Origin: Patulibacter sp.
Lineage (GTDB): Bacteria; Actinomycetota; Thermoleophilia; Solirubrobacterales; Solirubrobacteraceae
Direction of reading: 5' to 3'
Assembly: GCF_030655195.1 (NCBI RefSeq)
Contig: NZ_JAURWA010000009.1
Span: 3,850 to 67,849, forward strand
DNA: 64,000 nucleotides
In this document: piece by piece, positions 37,263 through 46,596 of the stretch
How the letters are laid out: each line of letters starts with the position of its first letter
Numbering within the stretch: position 1 is the stretch's first letter
The notes under the pieces: generated by a model
Databases searched by the model: none
Seen by the model: the letters and a program-made list of their open reading frames with translations, nothing else
What the model was told of the DNA's origin: nothing
Program-made: the position numbers and the translations under genes

Positions 37263-38387
37263 ATGACCACCACACCGACCAGCGGGCGCACCCTGCGCTC
37301 GACCATCACCTCCGACGGCGCGCTGCAGCTCCGGATCGTCGACGAGCCCGTCGCCGCCCCGACGGGCTCGCAGGTGCTCGTGTCGATCGAGGCCACGCCG
37401 ATCAACCCCTCGGACCTCGGCGTCCTGCTGGGGCCGGCGGACCCCGGGACGCTCTCGCCCGTCGCGGGCGGTCTGGACGGCGTCGTGCCCGAACGGGCCA
37501 TCCCCGCGCTGCGCGACCGGCTCGACCGGGCGCTGCCGGTCGGCAACGAGGGCGCCGGGACGGTCATCGCGGCGGGCCCGGACGCCGAGGGGCTCCTCGG
37601 ACGGCGGGTCGCGACCCTGGGCGGGGCGATGTGGTCGGACCTCCGGCTCACCGACGCCGCCTCCGTCGTCCCGCTCCCCGACGGGGTGGAGGCCGCGGAC
37701 GGGGCGGCGATCTTCGTCAACCCCCTGACGGCGCTGGCCATGGTCGCGACGATGCGCGAGGAGGGACACACGGCGCTCGTGCACACGGCCGCCGCGTCGA
37801 ACCTCGGACGGATGCTCGTGCGGATCTGCCGCGACGACGGCGTCGGTCTCGTCAACGTGGTCCGCAGCGCCGAGCAGGTCGAGGCGCTCGTCGAGCTCGG
37901 CGCCGAGCACGTCGTCGACTCGTCCCTGCCGGACTTCGCCGACCGCCTCACCGACGCGGTCGCGGCGACGGGGGCGACCGTGGCCTTCGACGCCGTCGGC
38001 GGGGGCACGCTGGCCGGCGAGATCCTCGCGGCGATGGAGCGGACCGCCGAGCGGGACGGGCCCTGGACGCCGTACGGGTCGCAGACCCACAAGCAGGTCC
38101 ACGTCTACGGCAGCCTGGACCGGGCGCCGACGACGATCGACCGGACCTTCGGCATGCGCTGGAGCGTCGGCGGCTTCCTGCTGACCGACGCGCTCACCCG
38201 CCTGCCGCCCCAGGTCGTGGCCGCGATGCGGGGCCGGGTGCTCGACGAGCTGCACACGACCTTCGCGTCGACCTACGCCCGGACGATCGGCCTCGCCGAC
38301 GTGCTGGACCCGGAGCACCTGGCGGTCTTCGGGCGGCGCAGCACCGGGACCAAGTACCTCATCGACCCGACGCTGGACCGCCCCTGA
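37263..38387 (+). CDS. Zinc-independent MDR oxidoreductase
   Basis: PINPSDL, GNEGAG, FVNPLTA, HTAAASNLG, DAVGGG. Confidence 0.88.
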   Translation: MTTTPTSGRTLRSTITSDGALQLRIVDEPVAAPTGSQVLVSIEATPINPSDLGVLLGPADPGTLSPVAGGLDGVVPERAIPALRDRLDRALPVGNEGAGTVIAAGPDAEGLLGRRVATLGGAMWSDLRLTDAASVVPLPDGVEAADGAAIFVNPLTALAMVATMREEGHTALVHTAAASNLGRMLVRICRDDGVGLVNVVRSAEQVEALVELGAEHVVDSSLPDFADRLTDAVAATGATVAFDAVGGGTLAGEILAAMERTAERDGPWTPYGSQTHKQVHVYGSLDRAPTTIDRTFGMRWSVGGFLLTDALTRLPPQVVAAMRGRVLDELHTTFASTYARTIGLADVLDPEHLAVFGRRSTGTKYLIDPTLDRP

Positions 38388-39030
38388 CGTTCGCCGCGAC
38401 GGCCTCCGCGATCGGGACGGCACCGCCGTTCAGCTCGAGGATCTGCCTCCGGATCCCGGGCTCGTGGAGGAGCTCGGCGAGCGTCACCGCGACGTCGGCC
38501 CGGGCGATCTCGCCGTGGAGCTCCGCCGGCCCCAGGGAGACGGTGCCCGTCGGGGCGGCGTCGACGAGCATCGACGGGCGCAGGATGAGCCAGTCCAGGG
38601 CGCTGCGGCTGAGCGCGACGTCCGCGTCCTTCTTGACGGTGAAGTAGGACTCGAGCTCCTCGTCGAGGTCGCGCTCGCGCCACGACTCGGGGAGGACGGA
38701 GACCGACGCGAGACGTCGCACCCCCGCCGACCCCGCCGCGTCGGTGACCGTCGCGAGGGCGCGGCGGTCGATCGCCTCGGTCGTCGCCGTGCTCCCGCCG
38801 TTGGATCCCGCGCTGAAGACCAGCACGTCGGAGCCGCGGATCGCGTCGGCGATCGCCGACGCGGACATCGTGGCGAGATCGCCCACCCGAGCGGCGATCC
38901 CGCGCGACCGCAGCGCGCTCCGCTGGTCCTCGCGTCGCACGAGGCCCGCGACGTCGTCTCCCCGCCGCAGCAGCTCGGTGGCCAGCAGTCCACCGACGCC
39001 GCCCGTGATGCCGAAGACGAAGACCTTCAT
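38359..39030 (-). CDS. NAD(P)-binding Rossmann protein (extended SDR)
   Basis: FGITGGVG, LVFSAGS, LDWLILRPS, IARADVA; 29-bp convergent overlap with MDR gene. Confidence 0.88.
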   Translation of the reverse strand: MKVFVFGITGGVGGLLATELLRRGDDVAGLVRREDQRSALRSRGIAARVGDLATMSASAIADAIRGSDVLVFSAGSNGGSTATTEAIDRRALATVTDAAGSAGVRRLASVSVLPESWRERDLDEELESYFTVKKDADVALSRSALDWLILRPSMLVDAAPTGTVSLGPAELHGEIARADVAVTLAELLHEPGIRRQILELNGGAVPIAEAVAANVRGGPASGR

Positions 39031-39173
39031 CGTGCGCCTCCGGCGGCGGCGGAGCGGGTCGTGCCCGGGTCGGGCGTCTCGCGTGCGGTCATGGACCCAG
39101 CGTCCCGCTCCGGGGGCCCCACCGGAATGGCCAGGACGCCGGATCGCATGTGCGGGCGTCCTACGATGCGGAC

Positions 39174-40121
39174 GTGGACGTGTTCAGCGACGTGATGCGT
39201 GGGGTGCGCGCCGACGACTCGACCTTCGGACGCTCCACGCTGCGCGCACCGTGGGCGCTCCGGTTCGACGACGGCCCGCCGCTGACGCTCGTGAGCGTCC
39301 TGCACGGCTCGGGCTGGATCGTCCCGGACGGTCGTCCCCCCGAGCACCTCGGCGCCCGGGACACCGTCGTCGTATGCGGGCCCGCCGGCTTCGCGTTCGT
39401 CGACGAGATCGGCACCACGGCGCCGACCGTCCCCTGCGGCGAGCGCCGCTCGACGCTCGGTCGCCCCGGGTCCGTGCACCGGCGCGGGTGGTGCGACGCC
39501 GCCCCGGACGCGCCCGGCAGCACGACCGTCGTCGTGGGCGCGTACCCGGTGGGCGGCGAGATCAGCTACCGCCTGCTCGACGCGCTGCCGACCGTGATCC
39601 GCGTCCCGGCCGTCGAGACCGGCGATCCCGTCCTCGACCACCTGGCCGCGGAGATCGCCGTGGACGCCCCCGGCCAGCAGGCCGTGCTCGACCGCCTGCT
39701 GGACTGGCTCCTGGTCTGCACGCTGCGCGAGTGGTTCGACCGCCCCGGCAACGACCCGCCGGCCTGGTGGGCCGCGCAGCGCGACCCGGTGGTCGGCGCC
39801 GCGCTGCGCCTCCTGCACGCGGACCCGGCCGCGACGTGGACCGTCGCCGGGCTCGCGGCGCGGACCGGGGTGTCGCGGTCGACACTCGCCCGTCGGTTCG
39901 CCGAGCTCCTCGGCGAGGGGCCCCTGACCTACCTCGCCCGCTGGCGCATGACCCTGGCCGCCGACCTGCTGAGCGCACCGGAGCCGACGATGCTGGAGGA
40001 GGTGGCGCAGGTCGTCGGCTACGCCGACGCGTTCGCGTTCAGCACCGCGTTCAAGCGCATCCGCGGTGTCAGCCCCAGCGAGTTCCGGCGACGGGCGACC
40101 GCCCTCGACCGGAGCGCCTGA
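39174..40121 (+). CDS. AraC family regulator with cupin-like N-domain
   Basis: WTVAGLAARTGVSRSTLARRF, YLARWRM, VGYADAFAFSTAFKR; GTG 6 nt after TACGAT. Confidence 0.92.
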   Translation: MDVFSDVMRGVRADDSTFGRSTLRAPWALRFDDGPPLTLVSVLHGSGWIVPDGRPPEHLGARDTVVVCGPAGFAFVDEIGTTAPTVPCGERRSTLGRPGSVHRRGWCDAAPDAPGSTTVVVGAYPVGGEISYRLLDALPTVIRVPAVETGDPVLDHLAAEIAVDAPGQQAVLDRLLDWLLVCTLREWFDRPGNDPPAWWAAQRDPVVGAALRLLHADPAATWTVAGLAARTGVSRSTLARRFAELLGEGPLTYLARWRMTLAADLLSAPEPTMLEEVAQVVGYADAFAFSTAFKRIRGVSPSEFRRRATALDRSA

Positions 40122-40148
40122 CGCGCCGCCTGCCGCGGCGCCCCGCCG

Positions 40149-40898
40149 TCAGATCTGCGACTGGCCGCCGTCCGCGAACAGCTCGACGCCGTTGACGAAG
40201 CTCCCGTCGGGGGAGACCAGGAACAGCGCGGCGCCCGCGATCTCCGACGGATCCGCGACGCGCCCGAGCGGCACACCCCGGGCGAGATCGTCGAGCAGCC
40301 CCTGCTTCTGGTCGTTCGGGACGAGACCGGTCAGCCCCGGCGTCAGCGTCGGTCCCGGGGAGAGCGCGTTCACGCGGATGGCGCGGTCCTTGAGGTCGTT
40401 CGCCCAGCCGCGGGCGAAGCTGCGGACCGCGGCCTTCGACGCCGCGTAGATGCTGAACGCCTCGCCCCCGAGGATCGAGGCGTTCGAGCTCATGAGGACG
40501 ATCGCCGCCCCGTCGACGAGCAGGGGCAGCGCTCCCTGGACCGTGAGGAGCGTGCCCTTGACGTTCGTGTCGAAGGTGTCCTGGTACTGCTGCTCGGTGA
40601 TCGCGCCGAGCGGTGCGAAGGAGCCCCCGCCGGCGTTCGAGACGAGGACGTCGACGTGGCCGGCCGCGTCGCGCACCGCCGCGAAGAGCGCGTCGACGTC
40701 GGCGGCGACGGACGCGTCGGCACGGATGCCGGTCGCGTTCTCGCCCAGCTCAGCGAGGGCGGCGTCGAGCGCCTCCTGCCTCCGTCCCGTGATGAACAGC
40801 CGAGCGCCTTCGTCGGCGTAGCGGCGGGCGATCGCCAGGCCGATGCCGCTCGTCGCGCCGGTGACGACGGCGACCTTGCCCTCGAGGATCTTGGTCAT
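40149..40898 (-). CDS. Classical SDR oxidoreductase
   Basis: TGATSGIG, SNAGG, YAASK, IRVNALSPG. Confidence 0.94.
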   Translation of the reverse strand: MTKILEGKVAVVTGATSGIGLAIARRYADEGARLFITGRRQEALDAALAELGENATGIRADASVAADVDALFAAVRDAAGHVDVLVSNAGGGSFAPLGAITEQQYQDTFDTNVKGTLLTVQGALPLLVDGAAIVLMSSNASILGGEAFSIYAASKAAVRSFARGWANDLKDRAIRVNALSPGPTLTPGLTGLVPNDQKQGLLDDLARGVPLGRVADPSEIAGAALFLVSPDGSFVNGVELFADGGQSQI

Positions 40899-40922
40899 GG
40901 GAACTCCGCGATCGATGGTTGT

Positions 40923-40974
40923 GGAATGTTCGGTCCCGAACACCCGATGAGGAGCATAGCGGAACGAACGGTCC
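40923..40974. promoter_or_regulatory. TetR operator candidates between SDR and TetR
   Basis: TGTTCGG-tc-CCGAACA palindrome (40927-40942); related GGAATGTTCGGTCC (40923) and GGAACGAACGGTCC (40961). Confidence 0.55.
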
Positions 40975-40996
40975 GGAACTCGCCTACACTCGTTCG

Positions 40997-41599
40997 ATGG
41001 CCCGCCCGCGGACGTTCGACGAAGACCTCGTGATCGGCCGCGCCCGGGAGGTCTTCCACGACCACGGGTTCGCCCCGACGTCGGTCGAGGACCTGACGGC
41101 GGCGACCGGCCTGAGCCGCAGCAGCCTCTACGGCGCCTTCGGCGACAAGCACCGGCTGTTCCTGCGGTCCTTCGCGCAGTACTGCGAGGAGGAGGTCGCG
41201 GTGCTCGAGCGCGAGCTCACGGGCGACGACGAGGGTGCGCGGAGCCGCCTCGAGGACCACGTCCACCGCAAGACCGCCGACGCCCGGCAGTCACTGCGCG
41301 GGTGCCTCCTGGCGAAGGTCGGAGCCGAGCTGGGGACCGACGATCCGGACGTCGCGCCCGTCGCGACGGCCTTCTACGCGACGTACGAACGGCTGCTCGA
41401 GGACTGCGTGCGGGGAGCACAGGCCGCCGGCGACCTGCGGAGCGACATGACCGCCGGCGACGTCGCAGCGGTGCTCCTCGCGACGCTGCGCGGCATCGAG
41501 GCGCTCGGCCGGATCGGTCGCCCGCCCGCCGCACTCCGGGCGGTCGCCGCCGCCACGCTGACCGCGCTGTCAGAGCCCCGGGGCCCCGGCTCGACCTGA
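40997..41599 (+). CDS. TetR family regulator
   Basis: MARPRTFDE, TGLSRSSLYGAFGDK, RGCLL; ATG 6 nt after TACACT. Confidence 0.93.
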   Translation: MARPRTFDEDLVIGRAREVFHDHGFAPTSVEDLTAATGLSRSSLYGAFGDKHRLFLRSFAQYCEEEVAVLERELTGDDEGARSRLEDHVHRKTADARQSLRGCLLAKVGAELGTDDPDVAPVATAFYATYERLLEDCVRGAQAAGDLRSDMTAGDVAAVLLATLRGIEALGRIGRPPAALRAVAAATLTALSEPRGPGST

Positions 41600-41634
41600 G
41601 GCCGTCGGCGCCCCGGACGGCGCCCCGCCCCGGC

Positions 41635-42549
41635 TCATCCGAGGGTGCGGTTGAGGAAGTCGATCTGGTCGCCGACGACGCTCTCGAAGTATGGGTCCAG
41701 GTACGGCTCGAAGTGCGAGCAGTCGTAAGTCTTGACCTGCGCGCGAGGGATCCGTGCGGCCGCCTTCTTCGCGACCTTCACCGGGGTCACGATGTCCTTC
41801 AGCGCGATCTGCACCAGCGTCGGGGCGGTGATCCGGTCCGCGTGGCGGCCCGGCGAGTAGGTCGCCATCACCAGCGCGATGCGTGCCGCGACGACGTTCT
41901 CCCGCTCGAAGCGGGGGAGGTCGGCGGCGACGAGGCGCTGCACGAGCGGCCAGGCGTCCGGGGCGGTCATCATCGCGATCTCGCCCGGCTTGCCGACGGC
42001 CGGGACGCGGTGCGGCGAGCGACCCAGGGCCGCGCCGATCGCGTCGCGGAGCCCCGCGAGGATCAGGCGGGCCGAGACCCGGACCGGGACGGAGCGCACC
42101 GCCGCGGGCCCGCTGACGTGCGGGACCTGCGCGATGACGGCCGCGAGGTCGTGGTCCTCGGCGGCGAGGTGCAGGACGTGCCCGCCGGCGAACGACGTCC
42201 CCCACGCCACCACGCGCGAGGTGTCGACGTCCGGGAGGGTGCGGGCGTGGGCCACGGCGGCGCGCCAGTCCTCGTGCTGCATCGGGACGCTCAGGACCTG
42301 GCGGGGTCGGCCGTCGCTGTCGCCGAAGCCGCGGTAGTCGAAGACCAGGACCGCGAAGCCGGCCTGTGCGAAGCGCTCGGCGTAGGCGTCCAGGCGCATC
42401 CCCCGGACCGCGCCGAAGCCGTGGGCCATGACGATGATCGGCGGGGCCTCGCCGCGGTCGGGCCGGTAGAGCCAGGCGGCGCACGACGTGCCGTGCGAGT
42501 CGAACGTCGTGTCCTCCCGGGTGTACGTGCCGGTGGTTGTGGTGCTCAT
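41635..42549 (-). CDS. Alpha/beta hydrolase (CocE/NonD/S15-like)
   Basis: MAHGFG, FDYRGFGDSDG, WGTSFAGG, CSHFEPY. Confidence 0.88.
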   Translation of the reverse strand: MSTTTTGTYTREDTTFDSHGTSCAAWLYRPDRGEAPPIIVMAHGFGAVRGMRLDAYAERFAQAGFAVLVFDYRGFGDSDGRPRQVLSVPMQHEDWRAAVAHARTLPDVDTSRVVAWGTSFAGGHVLHLAAEDHDLAAVIAQVPHVSGPAAVRSVPVRVSARLILAGLRDAIGAALGRSPHRVPAVGKPGEIAMMTAPDAWPLVQRLVAADLPRFERENVVAARIALVMATYSPGRHADRITAPTLVQIALKDIVTPVKVAKKAAARIPRAQVKTYDCSHFEPYLDPYFESVVGDQIDFLNRTLG

Positions 42550-42652
42550 CGGGGCCTCGCTCCTCGCTGCTGTAGAACGCCGTTCAAGACGGCGGGAGCG
42601 GAACGGTAGCGGACTCTTGATCGACGTACAAGAGTGCTAGCGTCCCGGCTCG

Positions 42653-43189
42653 ATGCCGCCGACCAAGCCGCGCCAGGACCGGGACGAGAAGCGCCGCGAG
42701 CTCGTCGACGCCGCGCGTCGGTTGTTCATCGGGGACGGCTACGACGCGACCTCGATGGCCGCGCTCGCGAGGGCCGCGGGAGTGGCCCCGAACACGATCT
42801 ACTGGTACTTCGGCGACAAGGACGACCTGCTGATCGCCGTCCTCGACGCCGTCATGGCCGACGCGCTCGCGGAGTACGCCGGCGTCGCGGACCGGCCGAT
42901 CGCCGAGCAGATGCTGTGGACGGTCCGGCAGCTGCAGCAGCTGGAGCGCCTGGTCACCACGGTGCACGCGCGGATCGGCCGATCCGAGGCGCTGAACACG
43001 TGGCACGACACGTTCCACGCGACGACCGAGGGACTCCTGCGGACCTCGATCGAGCAGACGGTCCCCCCGGGCGCGATCGACGCGGAGGTGCGGATCGCGG
43101 TGTTCGCGGTCGAGGGGCTCCTGACCCACCGGATGCCCGAGCCCGACCAGCGCGCGATCTGCGAGCAGCTCGCCTCCCGCTGGGCCTGA
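42653..43189 (+). CDS. TetR family regulator
   Basis: EKRRELVDAA, LARAAGVAPNTIYWYFGDKDDL. Confidence 0.92.
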   Translation: MPPTKPRQDRDEKRRELVDAARRLFIGDGYDATSMAALARAAGVAPNTIYWYFGDKDDLLIAVLDAVMADALAEYAGVADRPIAEQMLWTVRQLQQLERLVTTVHARIGRSEALNTWHDTFHATTEGLLRTSIEQTVPPGAIDAEVRIAVFAVEGLLTHRMPEPDQRAICEQLASRWA

Positions 43190-43216
43190 GCGCCCCGGGT
43201 CGGTCACCATCCCCGC

Positions 43217-43720
43217 GTGCTGACGGACGTCCTGCTGGAGCACCGGTGGCTGATGCCCGCGGTGCTCGCCGTCCTGGTCGTGCTCGGGCCGCCGGTCGGC
43301 GCCGTGGTGGCCGACCGTCGACGGACGCTGGCGGTGCTCGCGGCCGCGTCGACCGTCGCGGTCCTCGTCCTCACCCTGCTCCCCACGCCGCGCGGCCCCG
43401 GGGAGGTCGGGCGGTGCGAGCTCACGCTCGTGCTGCCCACACCGGACCGGGTCGAGCTGTTCGGCAACCTCGTGCTCTTCGTCGTCCCGGCGTTCCTCGC
43501 CGTCCTCGCGTTCCGCCGGCCGCTCCACGCCCTCGTCGGCCTCGTGCTGCTCTCGATCGCGATCGAGGCGTTCCAGTCGCTCGTGCCGTCGATCGGCCGC
43601 TCCTGCGCGCTGACCGACCTGACGTCCAACGGGCTCGGGGTCGTGATCGGCGTCGCCCTCGGCGCGGTCGCCCTGCGGATCGCCCCGCGGCGGCGGACGA
43701 CCTCCGCGCCCGGACAGTGA
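43217..43720 (+). CDS. VanZ-like membrane protein
   Basis: LTLLP, GNLVLFV.P, SIAIEAFQ, GRSC..TDL..N.LG. Confidence 0.8.
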   Translation: MLTDVLLEHRWLMPAVLAVLVVLGPPVGAVVADRRRTLAVLAAASTVAVLVLTLLPTPRGPGEVGRCELTLVLPTPDRVELFGNLVLFVVPAFLAVLAFRRPLHALVGLVLLSIAIEAFQSLVPSIGRSCALTDLTSNGLGVVIGVALGAVALRIAPRRRTTSAPGQ

Positions 43721-43758
43721 CCTCGGCCTCCGGAGGGGTCCGCTACCGTTGGCCTCCG

Positions 43759-44079
43759 GTGCGGCCAGGTCTCCACATCTCGCGGGTCCTCTCGGCGCTG
43801 GCGGTCCTCGCGGCGCTGGCGCTGGCCGTGCTCGAGGCGCCCCAGGTGGCGCTGCTGCTCGGGCCGGCGTTCCTGCTGCTGCTGATCCTCGTCGTCGGCG
43901 TGTTCCCCGGCGAGGAGGCGATCGCCCGTGCCAGGGCCCGCCGGTCCCGCGCCCGCCGCACCCGGGCGCCCGTCCGGGTCGCGCCCCCCGCACTGCCGGA
44001 CGTGGCTCGTCCGGCCGGCGCCGCGCTCGCGTTCGCGCTGGCGATGCGTCCGCCACCGGCGGCCGCCGTCTGCCGCTGA
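43759..44079 (+). CDS. Small 2-TM upstream ORF ending in ..LAFALAMRPPP.. (leader/arrest-peptide candidate)
   Basis: 106 aa, GC3-rich; GTG 9 nt after TACCGT; C-terminal part of track ORF 42634..44079. Confidence 0.65.
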   Translation: MRPGLHISRVLSALAVLAALALAVLEAPQVALLLGPAFLLLLILVVGVFPGEEAIARARARRSRARRTRAPVRVAPPALPDVARPAGAALAFALAMRPPPAAAVCR

Positions 44080-44414
44080 GCGCGCTCTCGGTCCTGGTGG
44101 ACCGGGCAGCCCACCCGTCGTAGCGACCGGGCCCCCGAGAACGGGGGTCCGTGCCTCCGGCGGCCTCACCGGCGGCAGGGCGCACCCGCGCCCGCAGCAC
44201 GACCCGACCGCCGCTCACGGTCCCTCCCCCACGCCGCCCCTCAGCGGGCGGACGGGCGGGCCCGCGAACACGGCCCCCGACCGACGCCGCCCCTGCGCCG
44301 CGCGGTCGCGCCATCGGTCCGTCGCGCCCCGGAGCCGACGAGGCCCGCCGAGAACGGCGGCCCGTCCCCGACGGGGCTGCGCGAGACCGGGCCCAGCCAT
44401 CCCTTCCGCCGGAC
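44080..44414 (+). promoter_or_regulatory. 335-nt structured leader with repeated AGAA-loop hairpins
   Basis: CCCCCG-AGAA-CGGGGG (44132-44147) and CCGCCG-AGAA-CGGCGG (44345-44360). Confidence 0.4.
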
Positions 44415-45887
44415 ATGACCACCGACACCTCACCCCCACCTCCCGCTCCGCTCACCCTCCCGACCCCAGCAGCACCGCCGGCGCCCACGCCCGGTGCGAG
44501 CCCGCGCCGATCCTCCGCGCGACCGCTCGTCCTGCGCCTGCACTTCTACGCGGGCATCCTCGTCGCCCCGCTCCTGGTGGTCGCCTGCATCACCGGGCTG
44601 CTCTACACGACGATGCCCCAGGTCGAACCGCTCGTCCACCGCAAGGAGCTGCACGTCAGCGCCCCGGCCGGCGCGCAGCGGATCCCCCTGATCGATCAGG
44701 TCCGCGCCGCCCGCGCGGCCTACCCCCAGGGCACCATCTCGTCCGTCGCGCCGTCCGATCGGGCCGACCGCACCACGCGCGTCAACCTCGCGGTGCCCGG
44801 CGTCCGCGAGGGCTACCAGCGCACCGTCTTCGTCGACCCCTACACCGGCCGGATCCAGGGCAACGTCGAGACCCTCGGGCAGTGGCTGCCGGTGCGGGTG
44901 TGGTTCGACGACCTCCACCGCAACCTCCACCTCGGCGACGTCGGCCGGCTCTACAGCGAGACGGCCGCGAGCTGGCTGTGGGTCGTCGTCCTCGGCGGCC
45001 TCTACCTCACCTGGCGCCGCCGCCGCGACGAGCGACGCCGGCGTTCCCCCGCCGCGGGCGCGCCGCCCCGGGTCCTCGCCCGTCTGCGGACGATGCGCTG
45101 GCACCGCACGATCGGGGTCGTCGCCGCGATCGGGTTGCTCGGGCTCTCGGCCACGGGCCTGACGTGGTCGAAGTACGCGGGCGAGAACGTCTCCGAGCTG
45201 CGGTCGACGCTCTCGTGGACGACCCCGACCGTCGACACGGGGACGGGGGCCTCCGACGAGCACGCCGGCCATGCGGGACACGGGGCCGCCGCGACCGGCG
45301 GGCCGGGCGGCGACCAGGAGCTGCAGCGCGTCTCCGCCATCGACGACACCGTCCGGACGGCCCGGACCGCGGGTCTCGTCGACCCCATGGTGATCACGCC
45401 GCCCGCCGCCGAGGGCGGCGGCTGGTCGGTGCAGGAGAACCACCGTCGCTGGCCCGAGCGCCAGGACGCCGTGGCGGTCACCCCACCCGGCACCGCGGTC
45501 ACGGACGTCTCCCGGTTCGACGACTGGCCGATCGGCGCCAAGCTCACGAGCTGGGGCGTCGACGCCCACATGGGGCTGCTGTTCGGTCTCGCCAACCAGC
45601 TCGTCCTCGCGGCGCTGGCGATCGCGCTCCTTTCCCTGATCGTGCTCGGCTACCGGATGTGGTGGCAGCGCCGCCCCAAGCACGCCACCGGCGTGCGACC
45701 CGGCAGGCCGATCCCGCGCGGCGCGTGGCGCCACCTGCCGTGGAAGGTGCTCGTGCCGAGCGTCGTCGTGGTCGCCGCGATCGGCTGGTTCGTCCCGCTG
45801 CTCGGGATCACGCTCGTGGCGTTCCTCGTCCTCGACGCGGTGATCGGCGCGACGCGACGACCCCGTGCGCGGAAGCGCCCGGCATGA
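44415..45887 (+). CDS. PepSY-associated TM helix domain protein (heme-b reductase-like)
   Basis: LRLHFYAG, VFVDPYTG, DLHRNLHLG, RWHRTIG, DAHMG; His-rich DEHAGHAGH. Confidence 0.9.
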   Translation: MTTDTSPPPPAPLTLPTPAAPPAPTPGASPRRSSARPLVLRLHFYAGILVAPLLVVACITGLLYTTMPQVEPLVHRKELHVSAPAGAQRIPLIDQVRAARAAYPQGTISSVAPSDRADRTTRVNLAVPGVREGYQRTVFVDPYTGRIQGNVETLGQWLPVRVWFDDLHRNLHLGDVGRLYSETAASWLWVVVLGGLYLTWRRRRDERRRRSPAAGAPPRVLARLRTMRWHRTIGVVAAIGLLGLSATGLTWSKYAGENVSELRSTLSWTTPTVDTGTGASDEHAGHAGHGAAATGGPGGDQELQRVSAIDDTVRTARTAGLVDPMVITPPAAEGGGWSVQENHRRWPERQDAVAVTPPGTAVTDVSRFDDWPIGAKLTSWGVDAHMGLLFGLANQLVLAALAIALLSLIVLGYRMWWQRRPKHATGVRPGRPIPRGAWRHLPWKVLVPSVVVVAAIGWFVPLLGITLVAFLVLDAVIGATRRPRARKRPA

Positions 45888-45948
45888 GCCGCGACCGCCG
45901 GACCGCCCACCCCTCCCCGCCCGTCTCCCCCGACACCAAGGACCCCCG

Positions 45949-46596
45949 ATGACCCCCCTCACCCGCACCACGAGCACCGCCCTGGCCGTCTCCGCACTCG
46001 CGCTGGGCGCGGTCGGCTGCGGCTCCGACGACCAGAGCTCGAACGTCTCGGCGTCGGGCACCAGCGCGACCACCTCGACGTCCGGCCACAGCGGCCACGA
46101 CATGTCGTCGATGGGCTCCGGCGCGCCCAGCCAGGCCGACCAGCAGGCCGTCGCGTCGTCGATGCGGATGGAGCGGCTGGGCAGCGCGACCGCCGGCGAC
46201 CGCAAGGTCGAGCTGGACGCGTCCGAGCCGGTGACGTTCGGCGTGTACGAGGGCGACCGCCTCGTGCAGCACGCCCCGCGCAAGGGCGAGAACGCCCACG
46301 TGATGCTGACGCTGTCGGACGCCCGGACCGGCGACCGGCTGCCGGACGCCACGATCACGCTGCGGGTCATCGACCAGGCCGGCAAGGTCGTCGCGTCGGG
46401 CCCGCAGTACCCCATGATCGGCATGGGGATGGGCATCCACTACGGCGACAACGTCACCATCCCGAAGGCCGGGAAGTACACCGCGCAGCTCGTGGTCGGG
46501 CCGCCGCGGATCGGCCGGCACGCCGACGTCGAGGGCCGCTGGAACACCACCGTGAAGGCGACCATCCCGTTCACCTGGAAGGGCGCCGCGCGATGA
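45949..46596 (+). CDS. Lipoprotein with P19/Tpd/FtrA-like iron/copper-binding motif
   Basis: Lipobox LGAVGC; GHSGHDMSSMG; HVML, YPMIGMGMGIHYGDNV, GKY, PP.IGRH.D. Confidence 0.75.
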   Translation: MTPLTRTTSTALAVSALALGAVGCGSDDQSSNVSASGTSATTSTSGHSGHDMSSMGSGAPSQADQQAVASSMRMERLGSATAGDRKVELDASEPVTFGVYEGDRLVQHAPRKGENAHVMLTLSDARTGDRLPDATITLRVIDQAGKVVASGPQYPMIGMGMGIHYGDNVTIPKAGKYTAQLVVGPPRIGRHADVEGRWNTTVKATIPFTWKGAAR

